A stretch of DNA of 64,000 nt from Octopus vulgaris. Taxonomy: Eukaryota. How positions within the stretch are numbered: the first letter of the stretch is position 1; every line of letters begins with the position of its first letter. The stretch is from positions 68,138,001-68,202,000 of the forward strand of contig OX597820.1 of assembly GCA_951406725.2 (NCBI GenBank), given 5' to 3'. A program made the translations under genes and the position numbers. The notes under the pieces are model-generated. The model was not told the origin of the DNA and did not search any database. It saw only the letters and a list, made by a program, of their open reading frames with translations. Shown piece after piece: positions 27,965 through 41,280 of the stretch.

Positions 27965-28340
27965 TTTACCTTTTCAGTCATTAGCCAGCAGCCATCACGG
28001 AGGACCACCTTGAAGAGTCTTGAGAGACAAATCAATCCCAGTAGTTATTATATTTCGTCAGGTATTCACTCTATCGGTCAATTTTGCTGAATCGCTAGAT
28101 TAAGGGACGAAAACAAATCAAAACAGGCTGTCAAACAATGTGGGAAACAGATACAAATATGAAGACGAAAATAAATTTATATACATAGATGTATAATAAA
28201 TTTATATACATAGATGTATAACCGATGAGCTTCTTTCCTTTTCCACTTACGAAATCCACTCACAAGGTTTTGGTTGATCCAGAAGAAGACTTGCCGAAAG
28301 TGCCATGCAATGTTACTGAACTCAAAACCCCTGACAAGTA
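27965..28340 (-). mobile_element. Decayed SINE family C
   Basis: ttttcagtcattag...aatccactcacaaggttttgg...gacttgccgaaagtgccatgc. Confidence 0.65.
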
Positions 28341-29100
28341 AAAACAATGTTGTACTTAAGACGCCAAATGATGGTCTAAAACTTGGCTATCACTTACTTT
28401 TGAGACAAAAATCATATTATGCTTCCTTACGTTGTAAATTTAACCGTGCATTTATTATAAGCGTCTTGGAGTGCTCTCACTCGTTAAGAATTCCTAACAA
28501 TTACTGCGGCACAGGATAGGTTCATTTCTCATTTAATCTTTTCTCTAAAGGAAGTTCAACAAGAAAATAATCAGATTGATACCTCCTTCTACTTAGTTAC
28601 TCATAAAACCTGCAGTGTAGTCATTTTGTTTGAGTTTTGCTGGGTATGTAACTGCTTTTAATGTTTATTAAAATGTTTACCTTACATCTTAAAGTACCAT
28701 ATGTTGCATTGTGCACTGTTAATTATACATACTTATATATGTATTTCTCTTCCCCACTGTCTCTCCTCCACCTTTCTTTCTCTCCCGTTCCCTCTCTTTA
28801 TATATATATATATATATATATAATTGAGAATATGTGAGCGAGGGAGACGGGGAAAAAGAGTGGCAGTGAAGAGGTTATGTATAACAGAGAATTATGTTTG
28901 CACACACACACATACACGCACACACAGACACGCACACACATACACACACACACACGCACATACACACAAACACACACACATACACATACATATGTACGTA
29001 TACAACATAATATTATAGATGGGTATATGTGACATTTCCATATCAAAATCCTGTGTGAATTCTTATAACCTAAACTTATGTATATGCGTTTGTGCGTCTG

Positions 29101-29210
<110 letters not shown>

Positions 29211-29866
29211 CATATATATATATACGTATATATATGTGTTCATTTCTATATATGCATGCATATATATATATATAAATATACATTTTTCTCTCTCTCTCTC
29301 TCTCTCTGTATATTTGTATGTACATGTATTTAGGTACACGGGTATCCACGTTTCAGAACACATAAACTTACATATGCCCACTCAATATACTTCTATACAT
29401 GTGCGTAGAGTTACACTAATATACCCACAAGTGCGTTTATGGTGTGTTCATGTCTGCGTGTGGCGTAGAGTTGCATAAAAGCAAGGATTTAAAACACATA
29501 GATACCCATATCTTTCCAACACGTCCTTTTATTTTGTCTCATTTTCTCAAGGCAGTTTCTCTACATGGCAGGGGACTTAGGCTGAGATTAGTGAATAAAA
29601 ACACGTGCCCCAAAGCTTAACGCTTTTTTTTCTTTTGGTTATTCTACCCATCATTCATGTCAGCTAGCTCTTCTTGCATCTCATGAATATATTTATACAC
29701 CAGCAAAAAAAAAAAATGAACCTAACGACAAGTATATGATCGTGTGTATTGTTACAAGTATTTGCTACAAAAACAGAGTAAATTTTCATATATCTTAAAC
29801 CTCATATTTTGTTCAAATCTATTTCTTTTCAGAAGTGTTTGCGCATGTATAAGAAGCTACATATAT

Positions 29867-29970
<104 letters not shown>

Positions 29971-30126
29971 ATCCAGAAATGAGAGAAATTGAGTAGATAA
30001 AACACAGGACTACATATGTTTCATAGCTAGCGGAACATCAGAAGTAGTAAATTATCCAATCGTGGGGTAGATCGCAAGCTACACTTCAGGCCAAGGGTAC
30101 CTGTATACATATATACACGCACAAAC

Positions 30127-30176
<50 letters not shown>

Positions 30177-30191
30177 GTATATATATGTATA

Positions 30192-30343
<152 letters not shown>

Positions 30344-30389
30344 TTATATATATATATATATGCATGCGGGTTTGTATGTTTTATCTTTT

Positions 30390-30640
30390 ATTTGTTTCAG
30401 TCATCGGATTGCTACCATTGTCTTGAAGAGTTTTAGCCAAACAAATATATACCAACACCTATCTGATACTTACTGTATCAGTTTTATTTGTCGAACCTCT
30501 ATGTTACGGGGACGTAACCAAACCAACACTGGTTGTCAAGCTTGCTGATGAGGTACAAATACAGAATAAAAGACACGCACATATATATGCGTCAGGCTTC
30601 GGTCTCTCGTCTGATTACCTCTACCAAATTTGCTTACAAG
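30390..30640 (-). mobile_element. Decayed SINE family C (3' part)
   Basis: ttgtttcagtcatc...gttacggggacgtaaccaaaccaacactggttgtcaagc. Confidence 0.65.
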
Positions 30641-31222
30641 GAAATCCTATACGTTATTTTAACAGCATGGAAATGTGTGGTGCAGTAGTTTCTGCTATAT
30701 GTTTTGGATTTCAATGTGAAATTCAAATGAAATCAATTTTATACATACAGACATACATACATCCCCCTCACACATACCTGTACGCATGTGTATATGGCCT
30801 GAATATATTTTCAAGTTTCTCTGCGATATTACATTGATTACATTGGCCACTGTATTCAACTGGTCCTTATTTGAGCCCAGAGCGTAAAGACGGGCCAAAT
30901 GCCGATAAACGGCATTCTAACGATTCTTATTTCTTTTACTGCCCACAAGGGGCTAAACACAGAGGGGTCAAACAAGGACAGACAAATGAATTAAGTCGAT
31001 TATATCGACCCCAGTGCATGCATACACTCATACATACATACATACATGCATATATGTATGTATGAGTGTAGGTATGTGTGTACGTATCACGTATTTAAAT
31101 ACTGTAACTATTAAATTACATTTATCTGTAACTGAATGGAGTACTTTCTTATGATGATCCTACCTATATCGTAGCACTAAACTCTCTCTCGCTGTCTCTC
31201 TCCCTCTCCCCCTGTCTGTCTC

Positions 31223-31253
<31 letters not shown>

Positions 31254-31339
31254 GAGTGGAAAAACGAAAGGACTTGCGAAACTTGAAGTAGCACGGAATT
31301 CGAATTAATCTGTTTTTAATAATATACAGTATATGTATA

Positions 31340-31530
31340 TAGTTGAAATTTATAGAAAATCAAAAGACGAAGACAGGTGTATGAACAATAAGCAAGTGTA
31401 TTAATTTGACGCTCGGGAAAATGAAAAAGTCTTTCTACGTTTCGAGCCTACGCTCTTCATCAGAATCGAATGAGAAAATAAACAGGGAGAATGAAAAAAA
31501 CAACGTATAGATTTAGCTGTTAAGCACGGC
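31340..31530 (-). mobile_element. Family P3 element with minimal HHR (31433-31465)
   Basis: Minus strand: uu CUGAUGA A gagc-guag-gcuc GAAA CG UA gaa. Canonical core, palindromic ACGU stem III, weak stem I; homologous to 10803-10990. Confidence 0.7.
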
Positions 31531-31559
31531 GAATGATAATTATGTATGTGAGTGTATTG

Positions 31560-31650
<91 letters not shown>

Positions 31651-31841
31651 TAAGTAATTAAGGGTTTAGCAACGAATTGCCTCACCAAAACACCGAATTT
31701 AGAAATAGCAGTCAAAGAGATATAGCTATTCCTTCTACTAAAAGGGGGATCTCAGTAAAAACACAGCACTTGAAAGGCAAACACAGACAGGTAAGAAAGA
31801 AAGAATGAAATGACGGCAATCTATCATACAATTTTAAGTTA

Positions 31842-31933
31842 CCTACGGACGTACGTTTCGAGATCAAGTTTTAGGAGAGCATAAGAATTAGAAAATTCTA
31901 CTTTACCCAAACTTCTTCTCTCATCGGCGCAGG
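31842..31933 (-). ncRNA. Type I hammerhead ribozyme (P1 copy 1)
   Basis: Reverse complement of 33132-33223. Confidence 0.8.
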
Positions 31934-32429
31934 ATACTACAATTATGAATAATTGTATATTAAATTTTGAGATACTAGAAGGCATCATCTCAACTCAGTG
32001 TCAGAGCGAGCCAAAGCATGACCAGTACCACGAACTTCAAAGTTTGAATGAAAGTTTGTGTCACCAGCCCCTTCCACCCGCGTGTAGCGAAGACAAAATG
32101 CTGCGGTCATTTACTGGGATAAAATATGGTTATCAGTAATAATAAAGGGTGAAATTAATTAATTTGGAATAATTATCAATTACACCAAGTAGATTTCGGC
32201 ATGTAAAAGCCCCATTCGAGGAAAATTTAAGTAATACTAAGTAATTAAGGGTTTAGCAACGAATTGCCTCACCAACACACCGAATTTAGAAATAGCAGTC
32301 AAAGAGATATAGCTATTCCTTCTACTAAAAAGGGGGATCTCAGTAAAAACACAGCACTTGAAAGGCAAACACAGACAGGTAAGAAAGAAAGAATGAAATG
32401 ACGGCAATCTATCATACAATTTTAAGTTA

Positions 32430-32521
32430 CCTACGGACGTACGTTTCGAGATCAAGTTTTAGGAGAGCATAAGAATTAGAAAATTCTACTTTACCCAAAC
32501 TTCTTCTCTCATCGGCGCAGG
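32430..32521 (-). ncRNA. Type I hammerhead ribozyme (P1 copy 2)
   Basis: Reverse complement of 33132-33223. Confidence 0.8.
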
Positions 32522-33131
32522 ATACTACAATTATGAATAATTGTATATTAAATTTTGAGATACTAGAAGGCATCATCTCAACTCAGTGTCAGAGCGAGCC
32601 AAAGCATGACCAGTACCACGAAGTTCAAAGCGTAGGTAACTTAAAATTGTATGATAGATTGCCGTCATTTCATTCTTTCTTTCTTACCTGTCTGTGTTTG
32701 CCTTTCAAGTGCTGTGTTTTTACTGAGATCCCCCTTTTAGTAGAAGGAATAGCTATATCTCTTTGACTGCTATTTCTAAATTCGGTGTGTTGGTGAGGCA
32801 ATTCGTTGCTAAACCCTTAATTACTTAGTATTACTTAAATTTTCCTCGAATGGGGCTTTTACATGCCGAAATCTACTTGGTGTAATTGATAATTATTCCA
32901 AATTAATTAATTTCACCCTTTATTATTACTGATAACCATATTTTATCCCAGTAAATGACCGCAGCATTTTGTCTTCGCTACACGCGGGTGGAAGGGGCTG
33001 GTGACACAAACTTTCATTCAAACTTTGAATTTCGTGGTACTGGTCATGCTTTGGCTCGCTCTGACACTGAGTTGAGATGATGCCTTCTAGTATCTCAAAA
33101 TTTAATATACAATTATTCATAATTGTAGTAT

Positions 33132-33223
33132 CCTGCGCCGATGAGAGAAGAAGTTTGGGTAAAGTAGAATTTTCTAATTCTTATGCTCTCCTAAAACTTG
33201 ATCTCGAAACGTACGTCCGTAGG
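33132..33223 (+). ncRNA. Type I hammerhead ribozyme (P1 copy 3), predicted cleavage after C33217
   Basis: Stem I ccugcg(33132-37)/cguagg(33218-23); core CCGAUGA(33138-44); stem II gaga(33145-48)/ucuc(33202-05) extended by aaguuu/aaacuu and agaau/auucu; GAAA(33206-09); palindromic stem III ACGUACGU; GUC(33215-17). Confidence 0.85.
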
Positions 33224-33513
33224 TAACTTAAAATTGTATGATAGATTGCCGTCATTTCATTCTTTCTTTCTTACCTGTCTGTGTTTGCCTTTCAAGTGCT
33301 GTGTTTTTACTGAGATCCCCCTTTTAGTAGAAGGAATAGCTATATCTCTTTGACTGCTATTTCTAAATTCGGTGTGTTGGTGAGGCAATTCGTTGCTAAA
33401 CCCTTAATTACTTAGTATTACTTAAATTTTCCTCGAATGGGGCTTTTACATGCCGAAATCTACTTGGTGTAATTGATAATTATTCCAAATTAATTAATTT
33501 CACCCTTTATTAT

Positions 33514-33576
<63 letters not shown>

Positions 33577-33927
33577 CATACAATACACACATATATGCGT
33601 ACGCACCCACATATATGATGAACGATCAATGACAAGATAAAGATATAAGACGGACAATTTGAAACAAATATACATACGTGTGTATGTATGTATATATGTG
33701 TATACTTGTGCCGACAAAAAACTGAAAAGATCAGTGCTTTAGGAAACATATATCAAGTTGCAGAATCTTGGGAACCGAACCAGAAACTATGTAGCTGTAA
33801 AAATCGCTTCTTAAGATCACGCCTATACATGCACCGGTAGACACTTTGTGCCACAGCACTGAAAACAATGTAAATATTATTGAGAGTCGAATGAAAATAT
33901 CTCAATTGGAATAGCGAGTGTGTTTAA

Positions 33928-34133
33928 GTAGCAGAATCGTTACCGCACCGGGCAAAAATTTTTAACGACATTTCGTCTGCCGTTATGTTCTGAGTTCATT
34001 TTCGCCGATGTCGACTTTGCCTTTCATTCATTCGGAGTCGATAAAATGAGTACCAGCTTAACATTGTGGTCATTGAGGTCGATTTAACCCTTACCTTGAA
34101 ATTGCTGGCCTTGTGTCAAAATTTGAAATCAAT
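33928..34133 (+). mobile_element. SINE family A monomer, decayed
   Basis: gcagaatcgttaccgcaccgggcaaaa...gtcgactttgcctttcattc. Confidence 0.75.
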
Positions 34134-34195
34134 ATACTAGAGCAAAATATGATGTTATATAAGTATCAAGACATGAAGCACAGCTTGAGGTGAAG

Positions 34196-34268
<73 letters not shown>

Positions 34269-34877
34269 GTATATATATATGAATATATACATATATATAC
34301 ACACACATATATGTATATATACATACATATATATGATATATATATATACATACATATATATATACATATATATGATATATGTATATATATATATAAAATC
34401 AAGGGTATCAAATATAAAATGTCCTCATTCAACATGATTTTCTAAAGATCTTATTCATATTGCCATGAATAACTGAATTTCATCTTTCATCCACATTTGT
34501 ATTCATGTCAAATCTAAATTTTTCGTTTTGGTATGGATTGAGTCAGCGAAGAGACATTCAGAGTAGTTGTTCCTTTCTCAGCTCAAACAGAATTCACAGT
34601 CTTTGAAATTTAACATCGAGACAGTACGAGCAAAAGCTAAATAATTCGACAAAAATATAAGCTTTCACAAAAATCTGTAGCAAATGTTGTGAAATGTTTC
34701 TTTCTTTCTTTCTTTATAATTCTATCAGCATTTGGTAACTTCTATTAATGTTATCAAACTATTTTCAGATATTATGTTGTCATGTGGAAATGAAAATGAT
34801 GTATACACATATACGTATTCACTTAAAATACATATATACACATAGACTATACATACATACATACATACATACATACA

Positions 34878-34912
<35 letters not shown>

Positions 34913-36974
34913 GTGTGTGTGTGTGTGCGTGTGTGTGTGTGTAAACGCAAAAAATATACATGCACACACAACATAAATACATAATTTATCAGACAGGAAT
35001 ATAAAGTGAATAATACTTCGATGTCTCGCTAGCAACGGTAAAAATTATGTAAAAATGCATGTCTATCTGTCTGTCTGTCTGCCTGCCTGTCTATCTGTCT
35101 AACTGTCTGTCTGTCTGTCTGTATGCATGTATGTATGTATGCATGTATGTATGTATGTATGTATGTATGTATGTATGTATGTATGTATGTGTGTGTGTAT
35201 TTTTTTCCGTTGACTATTTTACTTGTTTCAGTAATTTAACTGCGGCCATGCTGGATTATGTGTCTACATTTGTCTACGTATGTATGCGTGGGCACATATG
35301 TGCGTGCTTGTGAGCATGTGCATTGATATATGAAAGTGGAATACTTATATATACATACGACATGACGCTGAATTTCTCTAAAATCGACATAACGGGACTG
35401 AAGGCGTAAGAGAAAATAAATATTTAGATTTTGTACATCTTCATTGCTCTTCAATTTAAAACTCAAACTTCTAATCCCGCCCTGATTGACCTAGAAGCGA
35501 TTATCTCCCTTAGAATAACTTCTCGCCAGGGCACGCCAAGTGCCGAAAAAGTATTTTCTTCGGATAAATGCAAAGCGCCTTTTTTGAGAAGACTGTGACA
35601 GTTACTTAGCAATTAGACTGATTAATAATACGACTATATAGGCCATGTGAATCACTAAACTAAATTAATGCCAGGGACGATTCTTCGACCTTCTGCTTGA
35701 GAAAGATGAAATGAGCCCAAAATATTCCGCTTATTTACATTTTAGAGTTAAGCAATTGTAGCAGGTATAGTCGGTGATCAGTTAGAGACACTGTCTTTAT
35801 CTAGGCGGAGTAGATGAATATAAGAATATTATGATGAGTAAGCAAGAGTTTCAATTCCTGGTTGAATTAAATTTCTTTCATTTTCATCCATAAGCCGTTT
35901 GTTGTATAAGTAAATATCACACATTTTCATAACTCGTACATATAAATTTACCACTGATATTTGAAGACATATCTAACAATGGGCACTAAGAGAAGATAAC
36001 ATCAGAATGTCAAGTTTTAATAAATGTATTAGTTTAACGCTTAAAAACAATGGAAAGCATTTCGACGTTTCAGACGCTAGTCCTTGATTTAAAAAAAATA
36101 AGAAAAGGTGTTGAGAGAAATAGAGTTGTGGGCCAAGATGCATGTTGATCTGCATCAAGAGCCAATGCCTTAAAATAACGTAACTATATTTATTAATTTA
36201 TTGAAAGAATACATACGATATACATTAATGGATGAAAGAAGATATATAATACTTGTCCAGGTATGCAATTTACTGTGATCTTTATAAGGAGTTATTCTAT
36301 TTGTTCTCCTTGTTTGGTTTATTAAAGTAAACATGGCATACCATAGGCCGTAACGCTTTGATGGAATCGCAGGGGCATTGCTGCGACTTTCGTAATGTCT
36401 TGGATATTTTAAACATGGCAGAGCCCATCCCACTCTAGGTTTGACCACAGTCGATTTCTCCCGGAAGGGAACTAAGATTCAGAGATATAAAGAGCTACAG
36501 AAGAAAAATAATTGATCCTAACATGACTGCTGCTTTCTCAATCAACACCGAATAAAGGAAAATTGAAGGTGACTTCAGCAGGATTTGCACTCACAGCGCA
36601 AAGAGCCGGAACGATTACTGCAACACAATTTTGCCGTGGCCTAAATATGACTCTGCCAGTTGGCCGTTGTAAGCAGCCCAATTCATATGGAATTAGTGGC
36701 CATTACATAAATGCTCTCCTGCAGTTAATCGGATGGTAGACTTATAGTAAAAACAAATGGCGTAATATTTATTTGCACTAACAGGCTTCTTGCTATTTAC
36801 AATGTTATTCATTTAATTAGTTCCTGCAATATATCGATGCTGTTATTATTTGTTTTCAAGTCCGTCGTAAATGTGCGGACCTACACTCAAAGGCATACTA
36901 ACCCTGGTTATTCTTTCCTTTCCTTTTGGTTTTGCTTTTAAAAGTAGTGTTATAGTTAGTCTACATTACTCTGT

Positions 36975-37188
36975 AAGTAGCATAGGCTCGCTTTCCCGGT
37001 TTCTCTGGTGTGAATATTCCTCACTGGACGGACGTCGACCCGTCGCAGGAATACTCACTTTCACCAGCTGTGTGCAACGTGAAATGAAGTGATTTGCTCA
37101 AGAGCACAACGCGTCGCCCGGTACAGGAATCGAAATCACAATCATACGATCATGAATCCGACACTCTATCCACTAAGCCATGCGCCTC
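36975..37188 (-). mobile_element. tRNA-derived SINE family B variant
   Basis: Minus strand gaggcgcatggcttagtggatagagtgtcgg...gatttcgattcc...gtgctcttgagcaaatcacttcatttcacgttg. Confidence 0.75.
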
Positions 37189-38186
37189 ATGTAGTGCAAT
37201 CAGCGCTAATTATCCATCGTGTTCTTTGTCAAGCAATCTAAGGAGAGACTTTAAGGTTTTTTTAATTTACGATTTCTAGCAGATCGAGAGTAACTACCTA
37301 GTGAATTCCCTTCATTGGAATAATTCTATAAATGTATAAGAACAGGTAGTATTGTCATTTGTGACAGATATTCTTTTATCGAAGAATAAAAGTTTGGTTT
37401 ATTCTTTCACAAGCAGAGATATAAACAAATATTCAGCAAGAATGACTCAACGTAAAAGTATTGATTCCTTTTACTACTAGCACAAAATTACATCCCCTTT
37501 AACATCGTCTGAGTTTTCATTACTGTTATGATATGAACATTACTGGAAAGATAATGAAAAAAAAAATAAAAACGTGTTCTAAAACTAACCTTCCCATTAA
37601 GAGCCTGGAAATACTTTAGATTCGAAAGATTACAGAATTTCTACAAAGTTCAGTCTATATCTACAATACTGACCTGCTTTTATAAGTAGGATTGTACAAC
37701 CTATACATATAAAAATACTCCAAATACTCCAATGATTCCCATACGAATTATTAGCAAGAACCCTCTGTTTTTCCTGTTCTGACTTGAACAGTCTCAACCT
37801 TTAAACCCATCCAACACATTCTGTGCCTCTCCTCTAACTCCTAAGCCGCTTCCTTTTTCTGTTGAAACATCAGTTTTTCTCTGCAGTCTTCCGCTTGCAG
37901 GTGCTCAAGGTGGACATCTACTGTGTCTTGAAAGACTCTGAATTTCCTGAAAAAAACCCAAAAAAACTTTCTCTTTTCACCAGCATCATAAAATTAATTA
38001 TGAAAGGGTCGGCATTGATCGAGCAGACACATTATCCAACGCGTTCTAGCCATGATTATTTCATCTTAGCTTTGATGATAACATTATCTAATTCACCCTG
38101 ATTCTATTAAGTCTGTAGAGTACTATTTCTTACGTGTCGGGCAAACCGCAAATGGGTTTTCTCGATTGTAACGAAAACAGTGCGAT

Positions 38187-38220
<34 letters not shown>

Positions 38221-41214
38221 GTATGTATATGTATGTATACACACACTTATATATATAAATGTGTATGTATATATAATGGCTGAAATAGTGTTTAATCCTC
38301 TGGTCTATAACTGACGAAGAATTGGTGACTTTCTGTGTTGTCTGTCCGTCTGTGTATTTAGTATATTTTCGCTTGTTTATTTACTACATGTTTTTTTTAA
38401 AAATTATATATATATAGTTGAGTCATATTTCCCGTTTGTTGTCTTTTTATTTAATCCCGAAAAGAAAATATCTATTGATAGATGTGCAATAGAGTATATG
38501 TGAAATATATAACGTTTTCTATCGAGCCCTTATTTAAACTATAATAGAACAGTAAAGAGATGTCAATCATGAAACACTGCTTTGTAATCTTCTCATTTCC
38601 TGAAAAATTCTTGGCTTGATAAATTAGTTATGGCTTTCTTTCCGGTGCACCAGTATTTGCTGTAATGTTATTTAGTACGATTGCTACTTGCTGACGTAGA
38701 TCAACATGAGTATTTTCTAATGCTCGTGATTATCTTAAATTTATGATGTAGGTCAATGTGTGACATTTTTATTTCTAACAAATGGCTTACTAATATAAGT
38801 GAAAGAAACTTAATTCAACTGGGATTTGAAATCGAACCCAGAAGTTTAATTCTTGCTGATCTGGGATCAACTTCTCTAAGTGCCATATTCTAAGCAGTTT
38901 ATTTACGAATTTATTGTTGTTGTTCGGGAAAATTTAAAAAAATGAATATTGTTAGGCTATTTTGTTTTACTTGAGAATGCACAAAGAAAAAAAAATCTGT
39001 TAAATAGAAAATTCGAAGAGTTTTATAATTTGAATTAGCTGCAATAGTTTCAAATTTAGCGTTAATCAGACAATCAAAACACCGTACATCTGCTGCCTCT
39101 CAGAGATCACTTGTTTTATTTTAAGATTAGCATAAGTCTGGCAAACTTCACCATTCTGTTTCTTTAGCCATCGCCTAATTTCTTAGCATAAAATGCAATT
39201 CTAAAACTGAATTATTTCTTTCCTACACCTTGAAAAGCAAAATCCCGAACCTACTTAAGTACCATACAAGCGTTTATTCATGTGATGTCGATTTAATTAG
39301 CTGTGTATATCAAGCACTTTGCATATGCTTAGCCCTTATCTATATTAAGCACGTTTGTATGCTACTTTGAGCATCATATTTAGTATTGCTTGTGATCCCT
39401 GATTAATTATCTACAAAAGACTTCAGGCACTGTTAACTCTCACAACAACTTTTACCACTGTCACCACTTGCTTTTCATATTCTCACACTTTCAGTCTTTT
39501 CATTATTCAAATGTCATAATTGTGTTTAGAGCCTGCAGCTTACAGTGCGAAGGAGCTCACCTCAAACGAGAGTTTCATTCTTATTCATAATACTTCATTA
39601 GGAAGAAGTATATTGCAAAATAGTAAAAAGAAAGAAAAGAAAGAAGAAAAAGAATAGAGAGAAAGGGATAAAGCTAGCCAGGAAAATAATACAAGTGAAA
39701 GATACAAGCAAAAACATAAAACGGAAAGAAAGATCTAAAAAAAAAAAGAGAATGAATGAAACAGTTGAAAGAAATAACATTTATCTTCAAAGTTATTTTC
39801 TAAGTATTCTATTGCTGTGGTTTATATAAATCATAAATGACGGAAAGAAGTGTTTTCCGTTAATTGACAACTAGTATTACGCTTTTATATTATGTCACCA
39901 GTGGCATATTTGCTATGAATGTGTTGAGACTACAGTCACAATATTCGACCAAACGCAAGTTCTTTATTAGGAAACACAAAGTGAAACAGTTAGTGTTCAT
40001 GAAATGTAACAGTGAAACTTTAAATCAACTTCTTCGAATTGGGTAGAGCGAGTTCAATACGGGAAGCGTTGTCTCATACATCTTTATGTGTTATTTTCAA
40101 GAGAATATCCTAGAGGTAACTATTGGTATAACATCTAACTGCGATCAGTGGTTGAAACACACCTGAATGTACTTCAGACAGATCAGAAGACTTCATTAAA
40201 TTAGGTTAACAAATGCAGAATATGCCCTCGGCTCTTCCACTGAGTTCGTTTGCTGCTTATTTAATCTTTCTTGCAGAATAGATATTCTATATATGAACTA
40301 AATGGCTGAAAGCCCAATCATCTGACGATGCATTTTGAAGAGTAGATAAACTAAAGCAGTAAATGATATTTTATTCAAAGAATAAAACCCAAGGATTGGA
40401 CACAATGAAAGAACAAACTCGAAAATTTAGACAAAGGGCTCAAGGAAGCCTAGGCATTGTTTTCTTCGTTTTGGTGTTACTCTTTTAAACGGAGAATCCT
40501 AACATGAGTTGCCCAGAGGATGGAAAACCAATTAAATTCATATTTGTTCTGAAACTAAGGATCGTCCGCTTCATGGCTTTATGATTGTCATCAGCCAAGG
40601 ATGAATTTATAATTTGTGAAATTTTCTAGGAGATTTTCAAGGAGAAATTACGAAAAACATTTGTTTATCAATAATAGACGTGACTGTTGCTCCAAATGTT
40701 TAGTGAAACTTATTTTGTGCACGCATATTCTCTTGTTGTTGCTATTGTTGTTGTCGGTTTTTCTTTTCTTGTTACAACTATGTCTATTGTTAATGCCACT
40801 ATTGCATTTTTGTTAATATTCTCATTGTTAAGCCACCGCACAATATATGTTTATATATAACATGTAATTTATTATATAATATTTTTAACGAAACAAAACT
40901 AATATTCGAATAAAAATAATGTTGAAACTAGACGAATAAAAAGTATAAAAATTACTCACTATATTTGTAAATATGTATGTATGCATGTATGCAGGTATGC
41001 ATGAACGAATGAGTGTATGTATGTATGTATGTATGTATGTATGTATGTATGTATGTATGTATGTATGTATGTATGTATGTATATATAATTATATATATAT
41101 ATATGTTTATATGTATATATATGTAATCATATATATCAATTATTATACCTATCTATCTATCTATGTAGAAATATATAAATGCATGTGTATATGTCTATAT
41201 ATGTGCATTATATA

Positions 41215-41250
<36 letters not shown>

Positions 41251-41280
41251 TATTGCGTTTACATTATGCGTATATTATAG

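Larger units (their letters stand above)
31648..33515. mobile_element. Young HHR-bearing retrozyme or non-autonomous Penelope-like element (family P1): 587-bp unit, ~1.7 copies on - and ~1.5 copies on +, head-to-head, inserted in (TA)n
   Basis: Unit repeats at 31648/32235 and, inverted, at 32631/33218; only a few single-base differences between copies; long (TA)n on both flanks; three complete HHRs. Confidence 0.9.

Noticed and set aside
31945-33120. Repeated 64-77 aa ORFs (MNNCILNFEILEG...)
   Set aside because: They recur only because the 587-bp unit is repeated, lie antisense to the ribozyme strand and show no recognisable domain.
36025-36100. P3-like HHR relic (minus: ggac-tagc-gtct GAAACGTC)
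   Set aside because: The CUGANGA box is lost; at most a dead copy, so it is not called as a ribozyme.
40260-40360. Strong-looking splice acceptor (tttaatctttcttgcag)
   Set aside because: All three downstream frames stop within ~35 nt and no partner exons are identifiable.
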